Assembly: GCA_025558095.1 (NCBI GenBank)
Contig: JAIVFI010000036.1
Location: forward strand, 471,028 to 535,027
Length of the DNA: 64,000 bases
Origin: Hyaloraphidium curvatum SAG 235-1
Lineage: Eukaryota > Fungi > Monoblepharomycota
Direction of reading: 5' to 3'
The translations under genes and the position numbers were made by a program. The notes under the pieces are model-generated. The model searched no databases and was not told the origin of the DNA. It was given only the letters and a program-made list of their open reading frames with translations. Shown here in pieces: positions 1 to 10,036 of this stretch. The first letter of the stretch is position 1. Each line of letters opens with the position of its first letter.

Positions 1-305
1 CCAGCCCGGGCACGAAAGAATGCTTCGGGTTGAGGGGCATGATCGGAGGTCGGTGGCACCACCGATGCTCTTGCACATGTACAGACCTCCTTGAACCTGG
101 CATACTAAGCCGTTGGACAGCGTACCACCGGCTGCGGCGGCGCAACCTTGCGGAGGAGAGATGACGCAGAGGCTGCGCTGTACTAGCTCACGAATGAATA
201 CTTTCCGACACTTTTGAGGGGCAAGCTTTTTGGTGCGTGGTCTAGCGGCCGGCTTGCGCCTCCATCAGTTAAAGAACGCGCTGGAGCAGCACCGCGACAG
301 AAAAC

Positions 306-836
306 ATGGCTTCCCGCGGCGCACAGAGCAGTCCGGAAAACGGCAATGCTCCCCGCTATCCGCCGGCCGCGTTTTCGGGCGCCGCTGCCCCAGCAGCGGC
401 CGCCAAGGCCGCTCTCTCGCCCCTCGCTGCCGATGCTCCCCCGCCCGCCAAAGCCTGCGAGTCAGCGCAAAATGCCGCCATGTACTCGAAGATGGACCGC
501 ACGGCCCTACTTTCTCGTTTCACCGGGCTCGTGGAGGCTTTCGCGGCCCCTTCTCTGCCTTTCGTGGGGATGGGCAAGGTCGGCGAGGAGTTCGTTGCAA
601 TCATCGCCGACAAGGGTCGTGGGGACCTCCTCGATTTCGTCAGAGACCGCCAGCGCGATGCGAAAAGGCAGGGCCGGATCAAGGACGCGTGCGATCGCTG
701 TGGCGCCGAAGGAAAGCTCAAGCGGTGCTCCCGGTGCGGCGTCGCGAGATACTGCGGGCCGCAGTGCCAGCGAGCTGCGTGGAAAGAGCACAAGGACAAG
801 TGCACGCCGAGCTGGGAGGCGCAAATGAAGATCTAG
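306..836 (+). CDS. MYND-type zinc finger protein
   Basis: Intact ATG-TAG ORF of 176 aa. The C-terminal CDRC..LKRCSRCGVARYCGPQCQRAAWKEHKDKC fits the zf-MYND consensus. Confidence 0.9.
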   Translation: MASRGAQSSPENGNAPRYPPAAFSGAAAPAAAAKAALSPLAADAPPPAKACESAQNAAMYSKMDRTALLSRFTGLVEAFAAPSLPFVGMGKVGEEFVAIIADKGRGDLLDFVRDRQRDAKRQGRIKDACDRCGAEGKLKRCSRCGVARYCGPQCQRAAWKEHKDKCTPSWEAQMKI

Positions 837-1073
837 CCGCAGGGTGTTGACGATGGCGTTTCGTGGTGCAGCGGGAAAGAGAGAAGCTCACTCGACATCT
901 GATGGTGCCCGTTCAAATAGTCGATTCGCGAACGAATTTTTCTGTACCGCAACATAACCAGAGTACACGGGTAGAATCTGTCAATTGTCGCCCTGTGGTC
1001 AGAACGAGTGAGCGAGGAGGCGCTTCAGTTTGCTGGTTCCAACCTTCACTCCAACGGCCCGCGGACCCCAGAG

Positions 1074-1704
1074 ATGACCTCTCGCGAGACCCAAAAGAGC
1101 CTTGTGGACGGCAGTGCCTCGGCTCCTGCAGCCGCTGCTTCGTCCGGAGCCGGTGCCCCTCTACAACGTCCCCGTGCGAGTCGGCCGAGAACGTTGCCGC
1201 CTACGCCGAGCTGGACCGCGAGCGCCTCCTCTCCTGCTTTTCGGAGCACATGGAATCATTTGCCACTCAAGGCGGAAATCGGCATGGGCCTCGGGTCCAG
1301 CTTGCCTCAGATCCATTGAAACCAAAGCCCAAGGCGTGGAAGTCACCGCGGAGATGGCATCACTGTTCCGCAATGCACTCGCGCGATCTACAGCTCGGTG
1401 GTGGAAAGCGAGCAGGCGGCCGAAGCACTCGGGAGGTACGGCGGCAACCTTCTTGAGAACCGCAAGGCGCTCCAGCGCAAGACTAGGAGACAAGGCCGGA
1501 TTCAGGATGCATGCGATCGGTGCGGCGTGGAAGGGAAGCTCAAGAGGTGCTCTCGGTGCGGCGTGGGCAGGTAACTGCGGAACCGAGTGCCAGCGCGCGG
1601 CATGGAAGGAGCACAAGGAAAAGTGCACTCCGAGCCTCGTGATGCGAATCGAGGCGGAGCTGCGAATCAGAGCGGAACAGATTTCGAAGACCAAAGATCT
1701 CTAG
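1074..1704 (+). pseudogene. Frameshifted tandem paralogue of the MYND protein
   Basis: Homology is split over frames: PCESAENVAAYAELDRERLLSCF, then RRQGRIQDACDRCGVEGKLKRCSRCGVGR*, then CGTECQRAAWKEHKEKC. There is a +1 insertion in aggtaactgc versus agatactgc in the intact copy. Confidence 0.75.
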
Positions 1705-1860
1705 GCCCACCGCGACAGAAGAAGGTTGACGATAATGGGTCTGATTTGGTGCAGAGGAACGAGCATTCCAACATGCAGCTGTACACGTCTCTAGCTCCAT
1801 CCGCGTTGTCCTACACCACGCGTAGGACGAGCACCTTCCTTACTGTCCGCGTCCCTTCCT

Positions 1861-2433
1861 TCATTCGCTCAGCGCGGGCCAAAAGGCCCTCAGGTCCGGC
1901 AGCTCCGGCGGCTCCTGCGCTCCCGTCCACAGCTCTCCCAGCGACGGCGTCGGGCTGACCGACCCCGGCATCTGCCCCAGCTGTCCGCCGTCGTCGCTGT
2001 CCGGGGAAGCGGCGCGGCCTGGCCTGTTCGGGGCCTGGAGCGCAGCGGCAAGGGCGGCACCCGGGGGCTGGCCGGTGCTGCCCGCCGGGTCCGGCTTGTC
2101 CACAATTCTGGGTGCCAAATGGGAAGGCATCGAACTCCAAGGCTGCAGGGAGCCGGGCACACCGGCGGCCGCGCCCTGTTGCGGGGGGTTGCTAAGGCCC
2201 CATTGCGGCCTGTCTGGTTCCGACATCCGCCGGGCCACGGCCGAGACACATTGCCAACAACATCCATCGACGGGTCCCGGTTGGTGCGCGCAGGTAATGG
2301 CGGGCACGGCAGGCGCGGGGTTCGCGTGCAGGGCCGAGCTCCTCGAACGCGTTGCGGGCGGGGTTGGCCCCGCTGCGGTGCCCGACGCCGCGGCCTCCGC
2401 CGGCCGGCCGCGGTCGCTGCCGCCGCCGGTCAT
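1861..2433 (-). CDS. Cys/His motif-RVxF-LPDLxxFW family member A (no clear RVxF string; possibly degenerate)
   Basis: TCAHQPGPVDGCCWQC and C-terminal ELPDLRAFW are shared with the 25-36 kb array. Confidence 0.6.
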   Translation of the reverse strand: MTGGGSDRGRPAEAAASGTAAGPTPPATRSRSSALHANPAPAVPAITCAHQPGPVDGCCWQCVSAVARRMSEPDRPQWGLSNPPQQGAAAGVPGSLQPWSSMPSHLAPRIVDKPDPAGSTGQPPGAALAAALQAPNRPGRAASPDSDDGGQLGQMPGSVSPTPSLGELWTGAQEPPELPDLRAFWPALSE

Positions 2434-2850
2434 CGCCGGCGGTGGCGCCGGAGGAAATCGACGGCCTGCCAGTTGCTGGGGGTCGTGGGGGGCGGAGGAG
2501 AGGAGTGGTGTCGGCCGGCGGCAAGAGCCGCGAGCACTCTAGGTGATTCACCGTCGGGGGCGATCCAAGGAAAGTGGCAGGGAAGCGACCTCATCCATCG
2601 GCTCGTGCGCATCAGGCCTGTCCGATTCCATCGGCACGATTTTGATGCACTTCTGTGCAACGCGGCCATCGGTGCGAGGGGTTTCTAGCGGGCCGGAGGA
2701 CATGCCGTCACTGCCGGTTCGGGATCGATCGGCGGGCCGAATCCAACCATCCGTGCTGCAGCAGTGTTGCAGCGATCCAGCCAACCGACCGAAGCGGACC
2801 GAAATGAGGGTTCCGTCGTTCGAAGCCAGAATGATTCGCCTTCTAGCACA

Positions 2851-4583
2851 TCACGGCGGTGACTGCGGTAACGTCGCCTGCAACGACGCGGGTTTCGGCA
2901 CCGCCTGCCCCGCCTCGCCCGCAGCGTCCCTCGCCTTCTCCTCCCACACCCGCTTCAGGTGCGTCGTCAGGTGCCTGTCCGTCTGCGTCGAATGGTTCGC
3001 GAACCAATCGATCAGGAAAACCTGCACGAGGAAGACGAGGAACGGGTGCTGGTGCCTCCCGCTTTCGATCTCGTACCGGAGCCGCTTGAAGTGCTCCACG
3101 AAGCTCTGGTGCTCCCGCATGTGCTCGTCCGTGAAGGGGTACCGGTACCGCTGCATGAGCCCCTTTTCGAGGGAGAAATGGTCCCGGACGTAGGAATCCA
3201 GGAAGATCAGCACCGCCGCCACGCTGTCGGAATCGCCGGCCTTCAGGCTGGGCGCGAGGCGGTTCATGGCGTCCACGAGGGCGTGATGCTGCTCGTCGAT
3301 CTCCTCGACGCCCAGCACGAACTCGTCCCGCCACTCCACGGTGCCCTCGAGCTCGCCGGTACCCTCGTGTGTGCCGTCGGTGAGAAAGGCACCGCAGCGC
3401 TCCAGGTAGACCCGTGCCGGCTGGTCCTCGGGGCACTCGGCGATGACGTCCTCGAGGAGGGGGACGGCCTTGTGGATCTCCTTCATGTGATACCCTGAAA
3501 GAAAGGAGCAGTCAGCTACGGCAATGCGGGCCTCCGGAAGCGGCCACGACACCTACATGCCACGGCCTCCTCGAACTTGGACCTCGTCAGCGCCTTGGCC
3601 GACCTCACCGACGGCTCGTCCACCTCGAAGATCTCGTACACGCTGTGGGGCTGCCTCTTCCCCTTGACCCTGATCCGGTCCACGAACCGCGCCTGCTGCG
3701 GCGGGATCCCCAGGGAATACAGCGTCCCCTCCGAGATGAGCAGCGGCACCCCATACCGCTTGGTCATGCTCTCCAAGCGCGAGGCGAGGTTCACTGCGTC
3801 CGAAAGTACCGTGTTCTCCATGCGCCGCGAGCCGCCGACGGTCCCCACGACCGCCGTGCCCGTGTTGAGCCCAATCCCCACGTGGACCGGCTTCCGCCCC
3901 TTCGAGAGGCGGATCTCGTTGTACTGGTCCAGGGCGCGGAGCACTGCCACGGCCCCTGCTATCCCGTCCGCGGCGCCGCCCGCCCGGGCTCCCCGGGTGC
4001 CGGGGAACAGCGCCATGATCGCGTCGCCGATGTACTTGTCCACGAACCCGCCGTGCCGCTCAATCTCGGGGACCAGCGCACCAAAGAAGGAGTTGACGAA
4101 GCGAAAGGTGTCCTGCGGCGAGAGGCTCTCGCACAGCGGGGTGAAGTTCCGGATGTCGAGGAAGAGCACCGTGAGCTTCTCCTCCACGGCGTCGCCCAAG
4201 GAGAGGTCCCAGATGTGCTGTTTTCCGAGCAGTTCGAGGAACTGGTGCGGCACGAAGCGGTCTAGCGCGACCTCCATTCGCCGGACCTCCGCGAGTGCCG
4301 CTGCCTCGCTCTCCCGCGCCGCGGCGAGCTGCGCGCGGAGGTCGTCGACAGTTTCGGAACCAGCGGCGCCCGCAGAAGACAATTGCTCTTCGCGAGCGCC
4401 GGAGAAATCCCTCCCGACTTCGGCGGAGCCGTTGAAGGACGTTCGGGGCGCGACGACGGGCGACGGCGACGGCAGCCGCTGCCCCGCTCCGGACGGCCCG
4501 GAAATCGCGGCGGCTGCGTCAACGCCAGCATGTCCGTCGACGGACGTGGCGAAACGTCCGGAAGATCCCTCAGACGCGGGCAT
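2851..4583 (-). CDS. Class III adenylate cyclase fused to a C-terminal bacteriohemerythrin domain; one intron at 3495-3556
   Basis: Cyclase motifs TVLFLDIRNFT, VDKYIGDAIMALF, GIGLNTG, DAVNLASRLE and VKGK. Hemerythrin ligands DEQH, HFSLE, HMREH and HSTQTD. A 62 nt GTAGGT..GCTGAC..TTTCAG intron joins the frames (EEAVA-W-YHMK). Confidence 0.9.
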
Positions 4584-4747
4584 GGGGTGGCAATCCGGGG
4601 CGTGGCGTCATGCACCTCAATCCCTCCCTTGCTCCCTCGCGCCCCTGCGAAGAAGTCAAGAACCCTTGCATGCTCATTTACTCGCCCCGTAGATGTACAG
4701 CACACAACTTGGCAACCCGGCATCCAATGCGCAGGCTAATAGCATAA

Positions 4748-6781
4748 TCATTCATCATCGCCGCCCCCACCCTCGTCGTCCCCTCCTTCCCCGCCTTCTC
4801 CCCCGCCTTCTCCCCCGCCGTCATCCTCCATCGAATCGTCGACGCCGTCCCCATCGACGTCGTCGGTCTTCTGCCGCTCTTCGTTCAACTTCTCTTCGGC
4901 ATCCAGGACTGCGGAGGGCAGGCGGTCAGCACGAGGCAAATGCGCAGGGGCGGCGGGTACGCACTCTTTCCAGCGTTCTTGGGGAAGAAGCTGCGGCCGA
5001 GGGTGGCGCTCGCGTCGTTCTCCCACTTGGATTTCTTGCCGGACCTGGTCCTTCCGGTGGCGGCGGAGCGGCCGCCCGCCCTCGGTTCCAAGGAACCGTG
5101 GATCAACTCCTCCAACTCCTCCGGGTCGATCACCGATTCCGACGCGGGCGTGCCGCCCATCCCAGAGTCGATGAATGGTTCCGGAGCGGGTTTGCCGCCC
5201 ATCCGCGGGAGGAGCCTCGTGCTGTTGCTCCGCTGGAAGCGTCGGTAGCCGACTCCCTTGTGGCCGGGCGGCGGCGTGAAGTAGATGGCCGAAGCACCGG
5301 CGGTGGGGTTGCAGTTGCCGTTCATGACGATCTTGGTGTGCACCTCGATGTCACCCGCCGCCGTGCGGCACACGGAGGCGCGCTGGCACGACGCCACGCC
5401 GTGGGTCAGCTTGATGGGCTTGGCCGTGAGCCTCGATCCCTCGAAGTCGCACTTCCCGAGCACTTTGGACGACTTCCAGTAGCTGCGGGTGAAGGTGACG
5501 GGCTCCACGCAGACTTTCTCGAAGTCCGCGCCGTTGTTGCAGAACGTGCTCGGGTCGACCTCTTGGAGCTGGATGCGGCACACCTTGTTCCACGTGCCCT
5601 GGCAGGCAGGGGTGCACAAAGCTGTGGGAGCGCAAGTGGTGAATGCGCAGGCTATGAAGGCGTGGTTGACATTGTTGTTGCACTGGAATCCAGTCACGGT
5701 GAACCTGGTGCCCGGCTGGCGGGCGCGGGATATGAGCGATCGCTTTGCAGCACGCGGAGGGAACCCAAGTGAGTGGCAAACGCACCTCGAAGAGGACCTC
5801 CCTCGTCAAAACGGTGCCGAGCACGTGCCCGCGGCTGTTAGGGGCCGCCGTGATCTCCACGATCTCAACGTTGGCAGTTGTGGGCCGGGTGTAGCCGTAG
5901 GCCTGGTCCTCGACCTGGGTGGAGCTCGCGTAGCCCTTCTCCCAGACGACGTTGCCGACGGTGTAGGTGGCTGTCTGCTGGGGCTCGGTCCCGCGCAGCT
6001 CGCGACCGCGGTACACGACGTTTCCTGCGGTCTCCGGGGTGCGCGAACGGAGGGCGACGAGGAGCGCGCGGGTCTTCCACAGCTTGGCGATGTACACGGC
6101 GTCCACCGGAGTGTTCGGGGGCTGCCACATGAAGGCATTGAAGAACGTCGAGTCCTGGATGTACTCGGAGATCTGAGAGGCCATCAAAGCGTCGATGATG
6201 AACTGCTTGCTGGCGTCGGACAAGGCCTCGAAGAGTCTCTTGGCCCTCCTGAGAATGTCGGCCTCCGTCCAAAGCCCGATCTCGGCAATGAAAGCCGCGT
6301 CTGCAACGGGTTGAGGATGATATCGGGGAAAGATGCAGGGGCGTAACCTACTCCTTCCTTGGTTCGCGGTGTACCAGTTATTGTAGTAGGCCCTTCCGAG
6401 ACCTGCGGTGGCCGCAGGGACGTTCGGGGCGCCCGTGCGGCAGTTCCCGACATTGGCAGGGCCAGACACCAGAGTCGCGTAGCAAACCCAGTTCCAAATG
6501 GTGTCCGTGCCTCCCAGCGATGGAATGGCCTTGGCAGTGGTGGGGAAGCTGCCGCACTGGGAGCGGAAGACCAGGAAGTCCCAGCTGCCGTCGGCGCGCG
6601 GCACGCAGACCCCGAGGTTGCCCAAAAACCCATGTACGTTGGCTACATTCGTGTACGCGTCGTTGAGTTTGTACGCGCCGTTCCCGTTCCGCGGCCTCGC
6701 CGCGGCGGCGGGGCCGGCGAGCACCGCCAGCGCGAGGAGCGCGAGCAGCGCGCGCGCGCCGCGACCGGGGAAGGCGCCCAT
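4748..6781 (-). CDS. Secreted ADP-ribosyltransferase (VIP2/C3-like R-S-E clade) with Cys-rich and acidic tail; inferred introns 6301-6351, 5716-5785, 4909-4964
   Basis: Signal peptide ALLALLALAVLAGPAAA. Motifs NVVYRG, WEKGYASST and, after splicing, TREVLFEPGTRFTV. Confidence 0.75.
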
Positions 6782-7494
6782 GGCTTCGGAGCGTCGACCG
6801 AGGGGAGCCACGGGTCTCGAATGCACGCCGAGCCTGGCGCGGAGCCCCCCGTCCGCGATACACGCGCTTGTCAACGGATCGGGGCCGGCGTTGCCGCTGG
6901 ACCCATCTAAGGCCCACCGGCCATCCCCATCCGGTGCCATCCCTTCCGAACCGGCCAGGCTGGGCCCGATCTCTAGGACTCCTCGACGACCTTGAAGCAA
7001 ATGTGTAAACCTGCCCCGGAATGAATCGCGGTTGGGCACGATTCTCTGGAAGCACGTCCCGGACGGTGCTGCTGCGTTTGGACCCGTTGAACGCCCGCCA
7101 CCTGGATGCGGTGCCATCCCCGTCCGATCCGACGATGCAGGTGCTTCAATTTGCTCTCGAGGATGTCCGGCATCGGACATAGATGGCACGATGATGCGTG
7201 GCCGGGATTGACTACGGGAGACTCCACGAGGGGGATTTGAGGCAGGCCGGAAGAAGACCTTCCCACCCACCCAGTCTTGCCTTGGTCCGAGCGCTCGATC
7301 GGATCACCTTGGACTAGCAAAGAATGTGAGAGGCTTGGAGAAACTGCTCGGATTCAAAGGGCCAGGATCGGGCGGGATCGGAGCATCGGAGGCGGATGAA
7401 CTCATCCATGGCGTGCACGCGTTGCCTCATCTATGGCCCAACTCAGGGCTCACGCCCAACACTCCTGCAACCGAATCGGATTCCCGCACCGAGA

Positions 7495-9510
7495 ATGCGT
7501 TTCACGGTCGTGACGTTCGGCACGGAGGGCGACACGCGGCCGCTCGTCCCGCTGTGCCGCGCCCTGCTCGACCGCGGCCACTCCCTCGAGCTGTTCGCGG
7601 ACCGCTCGACGCTGGGCACGGCCGAGGCCGGCGGTGTGCCGGCGCGCGGCCTCGCGGGCGACATCAAAGCCACGGTCGGGCCGGGCGGGTTCCTGAGCAC
7701 AACGACGAGCAAGGGCGCGTCGGACCCAACCGTGATTGCCAGGGCCGTCGCCGAGCTCGCGTCGTCAAACACCGTGTCGTGGCTACGGGACGTCGCCGAG
7801 CACGCGAGGAGCTTCGGTTCGGACGCGATCCTCTTCTCGGGGGTCACGGCGTACGTGGGCCTCGCCGCCGGAGAAGGCCTCGGGATCCCCTCGATCGGCC
7901 TCGGCGCGATCCCCATCTCCCCGACGGGCGACTACACTACCCCCTTCATGCCGCCGTTGGATCTGCCCCGCTGGGCCGCCAGGCTCACACACACGGGGAT
8001 CAACGCGCTCCTCTGGGCGCTCTTCCGGGGCAAAATCAACGAGGCCCGCACGGAGGTCTTTGGCCTCCCGCCGCGCTCGTCCAGCTACTGGGACTACCCG
8101 ATCCTCTGCGGGATCTCGCGGCACCTGATTGCCCAGCCGGCCGACTGGCCCGCCGGCCACCTCATCTGCGGGATGTGGCGGGAGCCGCAGCAGGCCGACT
8201 TCCAGCCTCCGAAGGACCTCGCCGACTTTCTCGCCGCCGGCGAGCCTCCCATCTACGTCGGCTTCGGGTCCATGGGCGGGTTCAACACGGACAAGTTGCT
8301 CGCGGCGGTCGTGGAGGCCGTCGACGGCCGCCGCGCGCTCTTCTACCCGGGCTGGAGCGGCATCGGCGCCGACCGCCTCCCTCCCAACTTCTTCGTCCTC
8401 GAAAGCACCCCCCACTCATGGCTGTTTCCCCGCTGTTCGGTGATTGTGCACCATGGCGGCGCCGGCACCTCGCACACCGCGGCCGCTGCCGGGGTGCCGA
8501 GCGTCGTAGTGCCTTTCGCGGGCGACCAGCCCTTCTGGGCCGACCGACTCAGAAGGGCGGGGGTGGCGCCGCCGGGAGTGCCGCACGACAAGCTGGACGG
8601 GGCGAAGCTGAAGGAGATGATCGATTGGGCGCTGAGGCCGGCGACGAGAGCCCGGGCCAAGGAGCTGGGGGAGGCGATGGCGTCAGAGGACGGCGTCGCG
8701 TTTGCGGTGGACCAGATCGAGAAGCTTGTCGCGACGGAGCGGCACAAGATCGCGGAGGCCAAGCTGCTCCGAGACCGCGAGGAGGAGGCCCGTGCGCAGA
8801 GGGCGGCGAGGCCATTTCTTCCTTTCTACGCCTTGACGACGGGCCTGTCGCTGCCCGTCTGGCTCGCGGCTTCACGGTACCCCGGCGCGACCCTCATGCC
8901 CGGCCTTCCGGTTTCGGCCCTCATGGCCTTTCTCCCGACCGTCGCCGCCGCGATGATCGAGCCTCACGGAGCCCACGGGCTTCTTTCCCGCTCGCTGGAC
9001 CTCCCGCGGGCCGTGGCGCACCCCGGCTGGCTCGCAGCAGCCCTCGTGATCCCCCCCGCGATCCACCTATCTTCCCGCCGCATCCTCGCTCTCCTCGATG
9101 TCCCCGTTCCGCCCATCACCGCCTCCCTGTCGACCGTCGCAGCCCTGTCGCTCGCCTTCCTCCCCCCGGCCCTCGGCGAGGAGCTCGGATTCCTGGGCTA
9201 CGCCGGCGACCCGCACCTCGCCCGCCACGGGCGCGACGGATGGCTCCTCCAGGGCCTCTTTTGGGCCGCGTGGCACGTGGCCCCCCTGATGCAGGCCGGC
9301 AGGCCTTGGACGTGGATCGCAGCCCACGCCGGGTGCTCGGTGGCGTTCCGCGCGGTCCTGGGGAGGATTTTCGAGGGGACGGACAGCGTGGCGGCGGCGG
9401 CGCTGTGCCATGCGGGGTGGAACGTGGCGTGGCAGGCGGTGCCGGGGTTCGAGCCGGGGTTGGCGGGGGCGCTGACCGCGCTGGTGGCGGGGCTCATGTG
9501 GCGGAGCTGA
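7495..9510 (+). CDS. GT-B family 1 (GT28_N/UDPGT-type) glycosyltransferase fused to a CPBP/Abi (CAAX-type) intramembrane protease domain
   Basis: Glycosyltransferase motifs TFGTEGDTRP, PIYVGFGSM, HSWLFP, HHGGAGTSH and PFAGDQPFWA. They are followed in the same intronless frame by TM helices with GEELGFLGY, FWAAWH and CHAGWN. Confidence 0.8.
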   Translation: MRFTVVTFGTEGDTRPLVPLCRALLDRGHSLELFADRSTLGTAEAGGVPARGLAGDIKATVGPGGFLSTTTSKGASDPTVIARAVAELASSNTVSWLRDVAEHARSFGSDAILFSGVTAYVGLAAGEGLGIPSIGLGAIPISPTGDYTTPFMPPLDLPRWAARLTHTGINALLWALFRGKINEARTEVFGLPPRSSSYWDYPILCGISRHLIAQPADWPAGHLICGMWREPQQADFQPPKDLADFLAAGEPPIYVGFGSMGGFNTDKLLAAVVEAVDGRRALFYPGWSGIGADRLPPNFFVLESTPHSWLFPRCSVIVHHGGAGTSHTAAAAGVPSVVVPFAGDQPFWADRLRRAGVAPPGVPHDKLDGAKLKEMIDWALRPATRARAKELGEAMASEDGVAFAVDQIEKLVATERHKIAEAKLLRDREEEARAQRAARPFLPFYALTTGLSLPVWLAASRYPGATLMPGLPVSALMAFLPTVAAAMIEPHGAHGLLSRSLDLPRAVAHPGWLAAALVIPPAIHLSSRRILALLDVPVPPITASLSTVAALSLAFLPPALGEELGFLGYAGDPHLARHGRDGWLLQGLFWAAWHVAPLMQAGRPWTWIAAHAGCSVAFRAVLGRIFEGTDSVAAAALCHAGWNVAWQAVPGFEPGLAGALTALVAGLMWRS

Positions 9511-10036
9511 GGTGCGCTGGTGGGCATTCCGGCCATCGTGATCGAGAGGCGATTCGGGCTTGGGCTTCGGCATCAGGGCACCGGATGCTGTGAGGACAAT
9601 CGCGGGAAAGATCCGCCGTGGTGGAGGAGTCGAGGTGGGCAGTCTTTTCCTTGCTCGAGCGATGCAGCATCAATACAGCTGAACGTCGTAGGGAAATCTC
9701 CTAAGTCTTATCGTACGTCAGATCAAAAGATCGACTATGGAGCTGCGGACCGGCTCGCGATATTTGTTCCGGTTCGGAGAATCTCGGGCGGCTTTCGTGC
9801 GGCAGCCTCGGACCTTCGGCCGCAGTCACAAAACACCCCCGGCCTGCGGAGCACACATGGTGCTCGGGCAAACGGATTGATTCCGTACTCTACATCCATC
9901 GATCCTCGCAAGACTGCTGCCTCGTCTTCGACGGGTTGGCCTTGCGGTGCCGGTGCGGCGGTGTGGCGGAGCAAACGGCCGGTGCGGTGCACTGCGGAAG
10001 GTTTTCTTGCGGCCCACTGCGCCGTCTTCCGAGCCG

